Part shown: in pieces, positions 1 through 12,817 of the stretch | Numbering within the stretch: position 1 is the first letter of the stretch | Layout: every line of letters starts with the position of its first letter | Source: Hyaloraphidium curvatum SAG 235-1 | Taxonomy: Eukaryota; Fungi; Monoblepharomycota | Reading direction: 5' to 3' | Length of the DNA stretch: 64,000 nt | Assembly: GCA_025558095.1 (NCBI GenBank) | Contig: JAIVFI010000024.1 | Span: 434,001 to 498,000, forward strand | The notes under the pieces: model-generated | Seen by the model: only the letters and a program-made list of their open reading frames with translations | Databases searched by the model: none | Told to the model about the DNA's origin: nothing | Translations under genes and position numbers: made by a program

Positions 1-298
1 AAGCTGTAGCTTTCTGATGTCGAGTCTCAACAGCAAACCCCGAATTCCGCTCTGCTTAGTGGCTTCGCAGGCCGAGGACGAACGCTCCATGCGCTGCCAT
101 CCGGATGGGAGACGAGTGTTCCTCGACTTGAGGGCTACGCTGCAAGACATGCGTTTGTTGGAATTGCGAATGGCGCCGCACGCAAATCCGAGGAGCTGCA
201 ATGAGCTGCGTAGCATTCGAAGCTTGTTCTCAGAGCTTCTCCGTTCCCTCGAATGGCCAATCATGCCGCGAAATGCACTCAGCACGTGGTTCGGAAAG

Positions 299-1215
299 CT
301 ACACATTTGTGGCGCCCGACTCGGCGCGATCCATCTCCCCGTCGATCGCCTCCTCGTCCTTTCCCTCCTCCGCCTCATCGTCCTCCAGGAGCGCCGGCTC
401 GCTCAGCGGCCTGATCGGGGCGCGGCCTTTCGAGAGCAGGTAGGCCTCGTACTTTGCGCATGCGGATTCGAGGCTCGAAATGAACCTGGGCAGTCCATTT
501 TTCGCAGCCCAGTTTATGAGCGCCTAAGGTAGGTTTGGTCAGCAGACGGCGCGGTCGACGCACGACGGCGGAATCTTACCTGGGGAATGTTGCCGCGGGG
601 GTTCTCGTGGTAGACCATTTCGATCTCGGTCCCCTTGCCATCGCTCGTGGGGGTCATGACGATGGTCTGACGATAAGGATCGACGACGACGTGCCCGGAG
701 GAGAGGTGCGGAAGCCGGAACCCGGTCCCGGTGGGATCGATCGAGCGGGCCAGGATGATGTGAAAGCGGCGGTCCTTCCTTCGCACCGTCTTGCGGTGCA
801 TCGCGAAGTGGTACTCCCGGGAGGCCATGAACAGCGGATCTGGCGACGGAGGCGGTGAGCGGCGTCAAAGCATGGCCTCGAGGGCGCACAGACATTTGAG
901 GCCGTAGAAGGCGACGAAGGAGTGGTCCGGATTGTCAAAAGGATCCCAGGAGCCCACCACGGGTTTCACAGCCAAGACGTTGGCATCCCAAGCCGGTCTG
1001 AACTCATAATCCAAGTACACGCGCAGCAACAGCTCTGTGTCGATGCGCGGAAACGTCCCCCGGACTTTGTAGTCATACAGGCCGCTGTCCAGAGGCCTCC
1101 TCTCAAGGTCCCAGACGTCTGCAATTCTCAGAAAACGTTCGTAAGGAGCTCCGCTTGTCCCCGTTTCGAACTGCCTGAGTGCCGACAGAAAGTCCTCCTT
1201 GGGGAACGGAGACAT
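299..1215 (-). CDS. START-domain lipid transfer protein (PCTP/STARD7-like), 3 exons
   Basis: YLDYEFRPAWD, SREY, YHENPRGNIPQ|ALINWAAKNGLPRF START motifs across ORFs 865-1215 and 514-828 plus a last exon ending TAG at 299-301; GT-AG introns. Confidence 0.8.
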
Positions 1216-1650
1216 GTTTGCGTTCCGCGAACTGGCGCGATGAAGTCAACGCCTGGGCGTGGGGCGCCGTTCGCTGCTCCGTTGCGGACGCCAAAGCAGT
1301 CGGGCTCTCCAAGAGTCCGCGGTCCGAGCACGACGAGGGCCGAGCGTCCTCGGACTGGTTACCAGTGTCGACCTGGCTGATTGGACCCCGCCGAGCCGTG
1401 CGGAAAGGCGCGGGAGGACGCGAACAGCTGCGGTCTATCGTTTCGCTTCCCGTTACCCTCTCCCTCCGTGAGTAGCCGTGGAGGACACGGCGCGAGGCCA
1501 GCAGCGTTTTCACGCGCCGAGTGCGCCGCCTGGCCGCCGCCGCGCGAGCGTGAGGGACGCAGCCGCGCGCCCCGCCGGCCCTCGCGCGCCCTGCCGGCCC
1601 TCGCGCGCCCGCCCTCCGCCCTCCGGCGCTGACGCCCCCGCAGCGCCGCC

Positions 1651-3850
1651 ATGGCCCTCCGGCTGCTCGCCGGCGCCGCCGTCCTCGCGCACCTCGCGTT
1701 GGGCGCGCAGGCGTTCTACCTGCCTGGTGGGCCCCCGACTCACCCGCGACACACACACACGCTGACCCGCTCCAGGCGTGGCGCCGCGCGACTACAAGCG
1801 CGGCGACAAGGTCGACGTGTGGGTAAACGCCTACTCGTCGCCAGACACGGTCATCCCCTACGACTACTACTTCGAAAAGTTCCACATGTGCCCGCCGGAG
1901 GGCGGCCAGCGGGGCAAGGGCGAGTCGCTGGGCTCGATTTTGTTCGGGGACAGGCTGTACGACTCGCGCTTCGACCTGCGCATGTCGGAAAACACAACCT
2001 GCAATAAGCTGTGCACCGCAGAGGTCACCATCCCCGCCGCAGACGCCAAGTTCATCAACGAGCGGATCAAGGAGGAGTACTCGGTCAACTGGATCGTCGA
2101 CGGCCTGCCCGCCGCGCGCATGGGCGAGGACCGCAAGACCGGAAAGACCTTCTACTCGATCGGCTTCGAGCTGGGCACAATGGGCAAGAACGGCAGGCCG
2201 TACCTCAACAACCACTACGAGATCGCGATCCAGTACCACACCGTGGACGACGAGAACTTCCGCGTCGTCGGCGTGCTCGTGTGGCCCTTCTCGGTGAAAA
2301 AGTGGCCTGCCGGCGACGAGTCGACGTGCTACCACCCCGAGGACGCGATCGAGCGCGTGTCGCTGGACGAAAAGGCCGACAACAAGGTCCAGTTCACTTA
2401 CAACGTGAACTGGATCCCGTCGGCCATCAGCTGGGCCACCCGCTGGGACAACTACCTCTACGTGTTCGACCCCAAGATCCACTGGTTCTCGCTCATCAAC
2501 TCGGTCGTCATCGTGCTCTTCCTCTCGGGCATGGTCGCCATGGTCCTGCTCAGGGCCCTGCACAAGGACATTGCCCGGTACAACAGCGCCGAGGTGTCGG
2601 AGGACGCGCAGGAGGAGTTTGGCTGGAAGCTCGTCCACGGCGACGTGTTCCGCCCGCCGCCGCACTACCAGTTCCTGAGTGTGCTGGTCGGCAACGGCGC
2701 GCAGCTGTTCCTCATGGCTAGCGTGACGCTGGGTGAGTTGTTTCCGGCGCGTTGAGTTTCTGGGCGCGCCTGACCTTTGCCTCCCCAGTGTTTGCCGTGC
2801 TCGGCTTCCTGTCGCCCTCGTCGCGCGGCTCGCTGTCGACCGTGATGCTGGTGTTCTACGTCTGCTTCGGCTCCGTCGCGGGCTACGTGTCCGCGCGCAT
2901 GTACAAGATGTTTGGCGGCGAGGACTGGAGGATGAACGTCATCCTCACAGCGTTCCTCGTGCCTGGGTGGGCATCGGCCCGTCTGCTGTGGACGACACCG
3001 CGTTCTGACCCGCCTCTACCAGCGTCATCTTCTTCATCTTCGTCATCCTCAACTTCTTCCTCATCGGCACGCAGTCGTCCGGCGCCGTGCCGTTCGGCAC
3101 CATGCTGGCCCTGATCTGCATGTGGTTCCTCATCTCGGCGCCGCTGTGCATGGTCGGCGCCTACTTTGGCTTTAAGGCCGAGGTGCGTTCGACGGCATTA
3201 GCGGAATCGCCGAGTCTCCTCTGACCGCCGACGCCCCGCAGCGCGTCGAGCCCCCGGTGCGCACCAACCAGATCCCCAGGCAGATCCCCGAGCAGGCCTA
3301 CTACCTGCAGGCCATCCCGTCGATGCTCATGGGCGGCGTCCTGCCCTTCGGCGCCATCTTCATCGAGCTCTACTTCATCATGAACAGCATCTGGTACCAC
3401 CGGATCTACTACGTTTTCGGTGCGCATCCGTGCTATTCTGGGTGTGGAAACTCCGCTGATCGGCGTTCCGCGCAGGCTTCTTGTTCCTTGTCTTTGCCAT
3501 CCTCATCCTGACTTGCTCGGAGGTGACCATCCTCATGTGCTACTTCCACCTGTGCGCCGAGGTGGGTTTTGGTATGCTCATTCACTTCCTCGGTTCTAAC
3601 GCCCCTGCAGGACTACCGATGGTGGTGGCGCGCCTTCTTCACGTCGGCGGCTTCGGCCATCTACGTGTTCCTTTACAGCATCCTCTACTTCACCACGAAG
3701 CTTTCCATGGCGGGCTTCGTCAGCGGCGTGCTTTACTTCGGCTGGTCCATCACCATGTCGCTGGTGTTTGGGCTGCTGGCCGGGACGATCGGCTTCGTGG
3801 CCTGCCTGGCCTTTGTCATCACCATCTTTGGGGCCATCAAGGTCGACTAA
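1651..3850 (+). CDS. EMP70: Transmembrane 9 superfamily protein (Emp70/TM9SF2/4), multi-exon
   Basis: Signal peptide then FYLPG|VAP, ESLGSILFGDR, IHWFSLINS, GWKLVHGDVFRPP, VRTNQIPRQIP, DYRWWWRAF, C-terminal IKVD*. Confidence 0.97.
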
Positions 3851-4025
3851 TGGGAGCAGTGTAATTTAGGCCTCGGCAGCCGCATGCTGAATGAAATACG
3901 CCTTAGAATGTCTCTTGCTTGCCGTGGTCTGGAGATCGAATGAATGGGGAGACGACGGTTGAGGCCGCAGGGGTTGAGGCTGTCAGACCAGTCCCGCCCT
4001 CCGATGCCGGCCTAACGCCGTCTGA

Positions 4026-5624
4026 ATGTCCCTCCTTACGCCGAAGCAGCTCGGCGAGCTGAATGCGGCCGTGCTGGACTACCTCGTTTCGCGCGGCCAC
4101 GCCAAGGCCGCGGCCGCGCTGCGCGCCGAGGCCGGGATCGAGGACGACGGCGGCAAGGCCGCGGGCCTGCTGGAGAAGAAATGGACCTCGGTCATTCGGC
4201 TGCAGAAGAAGGTGCTCGACCTCGAGGGGAAGGTCGCGCAGCTGCAGGAGGAGCTGGCGGCGGGCCCCGCGCGGCGGCAGGCGGGGACCGGGGACTGGCT
4301 GCCGCGGCCGCCGGAGCGGCACGAGCTGCAGGGCCACCGGAGCCCCGTGACCCGCGTTGCGTTCCACCCGGTGTATACGGTGCTCGCGTCGGCGAGCGAG
4401 GACACGACGGTGAAGACCTGGGTGAGCGTCAGTTTGGGACGGGAGGGGCGAGGAGGCATTCCACGCGATCTTGGCCATCGGAGGGGAAGAAGTGGCGATG
4501 CAGGTGGCCTTTTGTGGTTCAAGAAGCTCGGAAGTCGCTTCGGAGCTGCTGTTACGCGTCGAGGCTCGGTTCTTGTTCTCAATCTCGGACGTTGACGGAT
4601 CCTTTCCCAGGACTATGAGTCGGGCGAGTTCGAAAGGACTCTGAAGGGCCACACGAAGGCCGTCCACGACATTGCGTGGGACCCGAAGGGGACGCTCTTA
4701 GGTGAGTCTTGGTTCTTGCTATTGGGATCGCTTCCTCACGGGGAGCTACCAGCGTCATGCTCTGCGGACCTCACAATAAAGCTGTGGTCGGTTGCGGACG
4801 ACTACAAGAATACCCGGACGCTGTACGGACATGACCACTCGGTCTCCTCCGTTGTCTTTCTCCCGTCGGGCGACTCCCTCGTGTCGGCGTCGCGGGACAA
4901 GACCATTCGGGTCTGGGAGGTGGCAACCGGCTACTGCACAAAGACGTTGGCGGGACACGGGGACTGGGTCCGTATGGTTGCTTGCTCCGAGGACGGCAAG
5001 ATGGTTGTCAGCTGCTCCAACGATCAGGTGGGCCGGGCACCGCTTCGTCCTTCGCCGCTCCAGCTAACGCACAATTTCCGCTAGAGCGTGCGAGTATGGG
5101 ATCTCGCGTCTGGGGAGTGCAAATCGGACATGCGTGGCCACGATCACGTCGTCGAATGCGTCGCCTTTGTGCCTGCCAAGGCACATCCTGCCATCCTGAA
5201 ACTCATCTCCTCCACCAACGCCTCCGTAGGTTCACCGTTCTTTGGGAGGCGGTCTTGCTTATCGTGCTTGCAGGCCAACGGCTACAAAGAATCCTCCCTC
5301 TCCCCCGCCCAATTCGCCGTCTCCGCCTCGCGCGACAAGACCATAAAGCTCTGGAACGCCCTGTCGGGCGAATGCCTCCACACCTTTACCGGCCACGACA
5401 ACTGGGTCCGTGGCCTCGCTTTCCACCCCAGCGGCCGCTTCCTGTTCAGCGTTTCGGACGATAAGTCGATCCGTTGCTGGAACCTGGAGAACGGACGGTG
5501 CGCAAAGACGCTGGCGGACGCGCACGCGCACTTTGTCAGCTGCGTGGCGGTGGGGATCGTGAGCTCCGTTGTGGCAACGGGGAGCGTGGACACGACCGTG
5601 AAGGTGTGGGAGGGCGGGAAGTGA
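4026..5624 (+). CDS. PAC1: LIS1/NudF/Pac1 dynein regulator (LisH, coiled coil, WD40)
   Basis: [15 protein letters not shown] signature, [17 protein letters not shown]40 repeats ([18 protein letters not shown]); about 4 introns. Confidence 0.97.
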
Positions 5625-5717
5625 CGTGGTCTAAAGGTTGAACGGACGAAAGTGGCTTATTCACGGGGACGGAAGAGCGTATACCCTGTAGTACGGCTCT
5701 ATTTTCTTGGGCTGATT

Positions 5718-8700
5718 TCACAAGCGCGGTGCCGGCAGCTCCTTCACGACAGTGTCGTCGGCCGGCGGTTGCTCCGTCGCCGTGTCCTCCGCAACCTGAT
5801 TTCGACGCCGGGCACGGAGCTGCTCCTTCCTGTCTTTCACAAGAGACAGGTACCAGTCCACGCAGTACCGCTTCTTCGTAGCGTCGAACGCCCGCGAAGA
5901 GCTGATCGCGTTGAACACAAAATTCCAGAGAGGGCTCCCTTCCCCTTCCAGCACGTCCGTTTGCAACATCTCGTCCCGGATCACGTCGAGTACTTCCGGC
6001 AGCAACTCCAGGGTCACGGAGCGGATCTGGTCGATCAGAACGACCATGAGCTGGCCCCGCTCGGCCACGATCCGCGTGGGGTCGCTCTTTGGCAGGCGGA
6101 GGAACTTCGACCAGGCGTTCCCATCGTCCGAAGCCCGGTCGGCCGGCGCAAAAGCCCCGTTCCGAACGGCTTCGATGATCTGGAGAAGAAACTCGGCGTC
6201 CTTCCGGCGCGCTTCTTCCCAATCCTCGGCGTTTGCTCCAGTCCCCTCCTTCATTGCCCTAATGGCGGAGGTGCGACGGTCCACCTCCCCGTACAGTCGT
6301 TCGAGGCACAGTCGCACCACGTCAGTTTGCGCTGCATCCATCTCGGCAGCTTCCCCCGTTTCGTCGGGAGGAACTTCCTCCGGAGCATCCTCTTCCGCGG
6401 AGGAACGAGCGTCCGATTGCGTAATGTCGATGTCTTCCCCAGCGGCGACCGAAACACCGAACGAAAGACCGCGAATAACGGCGGTGTAGGATTGGCGCAG
6501 GAGGTCCAAGTCTATCCGTGTCGGGTATCCCTGAAAAGCGAGTCCCGTGACTTCCACGACAAACACGCGGTGTCTGCCAGAACTTACGTCGAACAATTGA
6601 GCAACGTATTTGGGTGCAAACGTCGCGGTCGTCCTCCTGAATCTCGCGGCATGCTCGAAGAGCAGCCTCGCGATCCCATGCGACACTTCGAACAGGTCGA
6701 GATCCTCGGGGAGGAACGCGGCTTCGGCAGGGGGCGAAGCCGTGTACCGTTGCATCCTTGGCAAGACGTCGGCAGCCACCAGGGGCTCCTCCAGCACAGG
6801 AAGCGTCTGGCGGGCATACAAGAGGCAGAACAGCTCCTGGCTCTTCCTGACGACGTTGTCTGCAAGGAACACGCTTCACAACGACCTCGAAGCTGCAGAC
6901 GACGTTCGCGCTTACCGTCAAGCGCGGAAATGATGCCGCCAAACAATGCCCGTGCAGAGTGTTGGATACCCCAATCCTCGGCCGAAGCCTCCCCGCGCGA
7001 GGAGCTTGTTTCCGCGGCGCGATCGGCGAACCAATCCGCAATATCCACGATGACCTCACGCCAAGGACCGAAGCCCTCGCTGCCGAGTCTCGACGCGACA
7101 AAGTGCAGATCCCGGAACGTCTCCAGGATGCTGACGAAAGTCCTGGCCGTGGTAGCGTCCGCCGCCATGACGGTCGCCGACGCGGAACCCGCCCTCCTTG
7201 GGCTGGCGATCTCATCCCCGACCAACGTCCGCGTCATCGAGACGACAGAGAAGAGGACGGTCTTGAAATACTCCCAGAACAAGGTCGACGTTTGCTCGAA
7301 GGCTTGCGCGCCCTGCGTCTCCGACCGCGAAAATGGACAACCGGCCCAGGATTCGCAGAGGCCACAGGCAAAGACACGCAGCCGTTCGACCGCGCGCAAG
7401 ACCGAGTCGTGCTGTCCGGACGCCCAGCACCTCGCCATCAACAGCCCGATCGATCGCGATATCCTGCCCACTTCGGCGTAGAGCACCGGCCGGGGCCCTG
7501 TGCCGGCTTTTCTGTTCAGCTTCTGGTGCGTTTCGCTGGACGAAAACACCTTGTCGGCTGATACTGAGGCCAGGAAATCCCGGTGATCCCGGGCAACGGC
7601 TGCAAAGAAACCAGAGCCGAGTCCTAAGGCGTCTTCATCTTCGAGAATGGCGGCCATGCACATCTGTAGTATGTCCTGTTTCAAATCGAACGCTCAGGGG
7701 ACCGATCAGCAGAAAAAGGTACTCTTGGCCTCACCGGCAAAGCTTCGAAAGGCTGGGCGACACGGATTCCAAAATCGGGCGACGACGCGAGGCACTTGTT
7801 CGCGCAATACAGAACTGCACGTTGCGATGCTTCAGATCCGTGTTGCAACGAAGCCTGCTCGAGCCCTTTTTCGCCGTCCGGAGCGGGACGAGAGGCTAGA
7901 GCGGCCAAAAGTCGCCATGCGAGGGCCTCGGACCTGCGGTGGATGTCGTGACCTCCAGATGCCCCAGTTTCCCCGGCAAGGTGTGAAGCGCACGCCCAGC
8001 TAATGCAATACCGTGGTCAGTTCAATGAAGCTCGTGCGACTGTGCGCGAAACAAACTCACAAAAGGCCTGTCGCAGCGTAACACGACGCCCGCATAGAGT
8101 TCAATGGTTCCGAACCGACCGTCTCCACGGAGCCGACTAGGGCGTCCGCTTCAAACAGATCCAGGGCAGCGGGCTTGTCCGAGCGAAAGAATCGTGAAAG
8201 CCGCGAAAGAAAGCCGGTCTTTTGGATTTCTCCACCCTTTGGTCCCAAGCGGTTGAAGAGGGCTACTTGGAACAGTTGGCACAGCCTGACGCCTTCATCG
8301 AGTCCGACAGCTGGATCCTTTTCCCCAACAAGGACGAGACCCCGGCACAAACGCTCGACTGCTGCGACGTTGGAGCAAGCGACAAGAAAGTGTGCGACTG
8401 CCGCAGCTCCAGCTTCCGGAACGATCACACTAGGGAGCCGGTGAGAGCAGTCGCAAAAGACGCATGTCAAAGCTCACCTTTCTGTCTTCCTGCTGAGTGC
8501 CACCAGCTGCGCGATCCGTTCCGCATTCCGTTCTTCGTCTTCCGCCGGGCTCCGTCCGGCCGTGCTGCATAGGCTTTCGACGATGGGCAGGATCATCTCG
8601 CGCTGGTCCACTGCAGTGTTTGTGAGCTTGGCAAGCGACATGAGAAAGTCCAGTGCTTCCTGCACAAAGCCCTCGGTCCTCTCTGAACAAAGTCGTCAAA

Positions 8701-9863
8701 TCGACGAACAGCCCGTGTGAGCCACGAGCGCACCTGCTTTGCGGACGTACGCCGCGAGCAACGTCGTTGTGGAGCTTCCTATCCTCAGCCATTCGTGCGA
8801 CAGCGGGGCAGAGGCACCAGCTTCGACGCCAGCCTTGTACTGAAGGCCCAAGCTGAGGAGCGCAGAAGCGAATGCTGGGGAATACCAACGAAAAGGGATG
8901 TGCGTAACGAGTTCGGCGAGAAGCTCCAGATTGGAATAGCACTGCGAGGTGCCAGCTGTTCAAAGGTGACTCCCTCGCGATGGGGCTGTCAAACATTACC
9001 ATCCATGTGCTGGAATCGACAAAATCCTCCACGGTCAAAATGCTGGATTGAATCCAGACAGCGAGCTTGCGCAGGTCGTCGTCCGGCAGCTGAACGTTCT
9101 GCGCCAACTGTGATGTGATCCTCGTCCAATCGGGAGACTTGAACAGCCACGCCAGCCGAACGTGCTCAAGCCATTCGTTCAGCATAACGTTCATTGGCAA
9201 AGTCCGCCCTCCTTCGTCGGAGCAGCCCAGGAACCTGAGGGTCCGGCCTTCGAAGGAAAGACGCCAAAACTCAGGCAGGTTCGCCGTGGCGGGCATCTTG
9301 TCTGGCAATCCGTCCCCGCCATACGACTTCAAGTACTGGAGCACGAAGAATAAGCTCTCAGTTTGCGCCTGGTCCGGAGGCGGCGACCCTTGCTCGGTCC
9401 TGTTTGTGTGGGAGACGGTTCGGACCTAATGCGAAAGCAAGAGGACAGTAGCAGACCCCACCTCTTCCGGATGAACGAGGACACCGCCTCCAGAGACACA
9501 GGGCCATCGGATGCCAGGAGTTTGGCCGGGTCCAAGGTCCGAAGCAGGTTGTGGACCTCGTGGCCGTGGAACATGTCCGACACGTAGTTGACGCTCGGGG
9601 CCCTTCCACCTGCGGGAGGCACTCCAGCTCGAGATCGCGGACCAGGAGCACTTCTTGTACTTACTCTGAATAGTCCGCACGGAGGGAACCGCCTCCACCT
9701 GCCGCAGCACCTCGATGACGCGCTCTATCCGCTGTGCCTCGGACGCGTGGAGCGTCACGAGCTCTCGCAGCTTCAGGAGCCATCTGCCGATCACGGCGGC
9801 CTTCGTGCCGGCTCTTTCTCCGCCAGTCCACGCATCGTACGGCGCGAACAGGGTCCGATGCAT
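5718..9863 (-). CDS. Large multi-exon hypothetical protein (~1200 aa); C-terminal part possibly Pex8-like, ends in PTS1-like -PRL
   Basis: ORFs 5718-6872, 6584-7684, 7681-7908, 8057-8470, 8474-8665 join through phase-compatible GT-AG introns; joins further 5' (to 9863) are less certain; C-terminal FDATKKRYCVDWYLSL...APRL. Confidence 0.5.
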
Positions 9864-10046
9864 TGCCGACACGTCGGCCGAACGACGCCCGGCGTGATCG
9901 CCACCGGCCCGCGCTCTCGCGTCCAAACAGTCCTTCCTCGACTCACGCGTTTCGCAGTGCCGGCAATAGGGCAGGCCTGCGTAAAGCGGTTCTCGAATCG
10001 CTGATTGTCGGACGCCGCATCGGCCACGTGCCTTCCGCACGACACC

Positions 10047-10658
10047 ATGTCTACCGACCGGGAACCGTCGCTGCAGGACCTGGAGGCCGCCCTTCGCGAC
10101 CACAAACTGACGCCGCGGGAGGAGCAAATAATGCGATCAGTCGTCAGAAGCTTCACTTACTCGGTTGTCGGAGGCTGCTTTGCTGGCATTGGAGCAGCGT
10201 ACTACGTCTCCAAGACGCGTGGCTTCACCGGCGGGAAGAAAGTTGGGGCGTACATCGCGCTCAGCATGTTTGGAACGTACACTGGCGCCATGCTCGGCAT
10301 TTCGTTGAGCGTCAAGGGCCTGGAGGAACTCAAAAGCGAACCGATCTGGGACGCGATGACTGCAATGATGCGTGCCAAAGCTCAGGAGGGCGCGGCGAGG
10401 CGTATCCTGGACCCCCACACGGCTCCGGAGCTACCACCCGCAGCGAGGCCGACCACGCCATTCAAGGGCGTCGCTCCCCTGCCCGGTGTGTTTGGCCCGA
10501 ACCCCGGAAACGGTGCCGGATCTTTTGGACCTACAACTCCCTCGATTGGCCCGAACCTGGGAAGTGCAGCCGGACCTTTTCGGCCCGCGACACCCAACCC
10601 CGCACATTCGACGGAGCCGGCCCCTAAATTCAACAAGTGGGGGGACAAAATCGAGTGA
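10047..10658 (+). CDS. Hypothetical small membrane protein (two hydrophobic segments, Pro-rich tail)
   Basis: Single ORF with two Gly-rich hydrophobic helices; ends KFNKWGDKIE. Confidence 0.7.
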   Translation: MSTDREPSLQDLEAALRDHKLTPREEQIMRSVVRSFTYSVVGGCFAGIGAAYYVSKTRGFTGGKKVGAYIALSMFGTYTGAMLGISLSVKGLEELKSEPIWDAMTAMMRAKAQEGAARRILDPHTAPELPPAARPTTPFKGVAPLPGVFGPNPGNGAGSFGPTTPSIGPNLGSAAGPFRPATPNPAHSTEPAPKFNKWGDKIE

Positions 10659-10737
10659 GCGTGACCCGGGCGCCGAGCGCGGGCGTTGGATCGCGGCGCC
10701 GGCGAATGGCGCCAGCCGCACCGGGCCTATTGCAAGT

Positions 10738-12704
10738 CTATTGGGCGAGCAAGCTGGTCCCCTCCATTTCCTCTGGCGCAGCGAGACCCATTACGGCCAA
10801 GATAGTTGGTGCAACGTCGCAGAGGGCCCCGATTTTGCCGGGCTGGAACTTGAATTCGTTCGAAGTCATAATGAAGGGCACTACGGGGAAACGGTCGAAG
10901 AGTTAGGCATGGAAAACTCAATAACACTTGGACGGACCTCGTGCGGTCGTGTGCGCCGTGAACGGCTCTTTGCCGTCGTCGCTGATCATCTTCTCAGCGT
11001 TGCCGTGGTCTGCCGTGATAAACAGTGTGTAGCCATTCTTCTTGCATGCCTCGTAGACGATCCCGATCGCCTTGTCCGTCGCCTCCACGGCCTTGACGGC
11101 CGCCTCGTAAACGCCGGTGTGGCCAACCATGTCTGTGGTCGCCGTCAGCAACACCTAGTGCAACCGAAAGAAAGCCACTGACCGGGCGGAGCAAAGTTCA
11201 GGATTATGAAGGGGTGCTTGCCCTCGTTTAGCCGCTCCGCCGTCTTTTGCGCGACCTCGATGCAGCTCATCTCGGGCTTGAGATCGTACGTTGCAACCTT
11301 CGGACTCGGGATGAGGTCCCGTTCCTCGCCCTCGAACTGCTTCTCCTGCCCTCCGTTGAAGAAGAACGTGACATGTGCGTACTTTTCCGTCTCCGCGATG
11401 TGGCACTGCGCGAGGCCGTGCTTGGACAGCCACTCGCCCAGCACGTTGTCCATTCTCTGCGGCCCGAAGACCACCGGGAACGGGAACTTTTCGTTGTACT
11501 GCGTCATGGTGAGCTGGTGCTGTGGGAGGCGTGAGATCTTGCTGGGGCGGCCGCGGTCACACCCTTCCCACCACTTTCGGCTGCACCTTCGTCTCGAACG
11601 GGATCGGGGGAACGCCGAAAGCCTGGTTGATTTCGCGCATGCGATCGCTGCGGTAGTTGAAGAAGATGAGGACGTCGTTGTCCTTGATGATGCCTTGCTC
11701 GTCGACGACGATCGGCTTAAGGAACTCGTCCGTCTCGTCCTTGGCGTACCGCTCCTCTATCGCCTTTAGGGGATCCGTAACCTTCTCCCCGATGCCCTGG
11801 GTCAGCATCTCGTAGGCAACCTTGACGCGCTCCCAGCGCTTGTCCCGGTCCATCGCGTAGTAGCGGCCCACGATCGTCGCGAGCTTGCCGTAGTGGATCG
11901 ACTCGAGGTACTCTAGCAGCTGCTTGCAGTACGTTTCTGGCCATGATCGTTGGCGAATGAACAGAGCGGCGGAGTACGCCGACGCGAACCTGACGACCTC
12001 GGCGCGGTGTCTCGCCCGTCCCCAAAGAAGTGGACGTACGCCTCCGGCACTCCGGCTTGTTTGGCACAGTCCAGCAGAGCAAACAGGTGGTCAATGTGAG
12101 AGTGCACACCGCCGTCGGAGATCTGTAGAGCCGTCAGTGAGTGCACGCCTCGCCTCGCGCCCGACATTCCCACCAGCCCGGCGAAGTGGACGCGCTTCGT
12201 GTTTGCCTTGGCGTAATCGAAGGCCTCGACGAGCGTCTTGATCTCACCGAGCTTCTTCTGCTTGATCGACAGGTCGATTCGGACAATGTCCTGCCGGCAA
12301 GAGCTCAGCCCAGCCGTCCGACGTTCAGCATTCCGAGCAACATGCCTGGTAGACGATGCGTCCAGCCCCGATGTTGAGGTGTCCCACTTCGGAGTTTCCC
12401 ATAAGGCCTTCGGGCAGGCCGACAAACAGGCCGTGGGCCTCAACCTCGGTCACGGAGTTGGGGTACTCCTTCGCAAATCCCGCCATGACCGGGTGCTGCG
12501 CGTTGCGAATCGCGTCCCCGGTGGCATCAGGTTTCGGCGAGATGCCCCATCCGTCGATGCAGATGAGGCAGGCCTTGTTCTTGGGCTGCAGGTGTCAACG
12601 GTGCGCGAGACGCGACGGAGGTGGCGGGACGCGCATTCCGGCTTCAGCGTCCAGGCCGAGCAAAGACACGAGGCCCGTCATCTGCTCACGGTAACCTTCT
12701 CCAT
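10738..12704 (-). CDS. gpmI: 2,3-bisphosphoglycerate-independent phosphoglycerate mutase
   Basis: [75 protein letters not shown]; multi-exon. Confidence 0.97.
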
Positions 12705-12817
12705 GGCGACCAGTGGAGCTGGACGGGAAGTGTTGTGGCGCGAGCCCTGCGCAGACACCGAAGCTGCGATCGTCCCTGATGAGGACCCCGTTCCCGAGCG
12801 CCAAACCATTTTTCACC

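Noticed and set aside
1-300. ORF 17-532 or the tail of an upstream gene
   Set aside because: Overlaps the START gene antisense; frame and product cannot be determined
1103-2665. Long antisense ORFs (520 aa here; also 5652-7481, 22953-24290, 29945-31210, 30668-32227)
   Set aside because: Mostly shadow ORFs caused by high GC3 opposite real genes; only short parts coincide with true exons
10738-12704. iPGM as a horizontal transfer
   Set aside because: Cofactor-independent PGM is widespread in fungi and other eukaryotes
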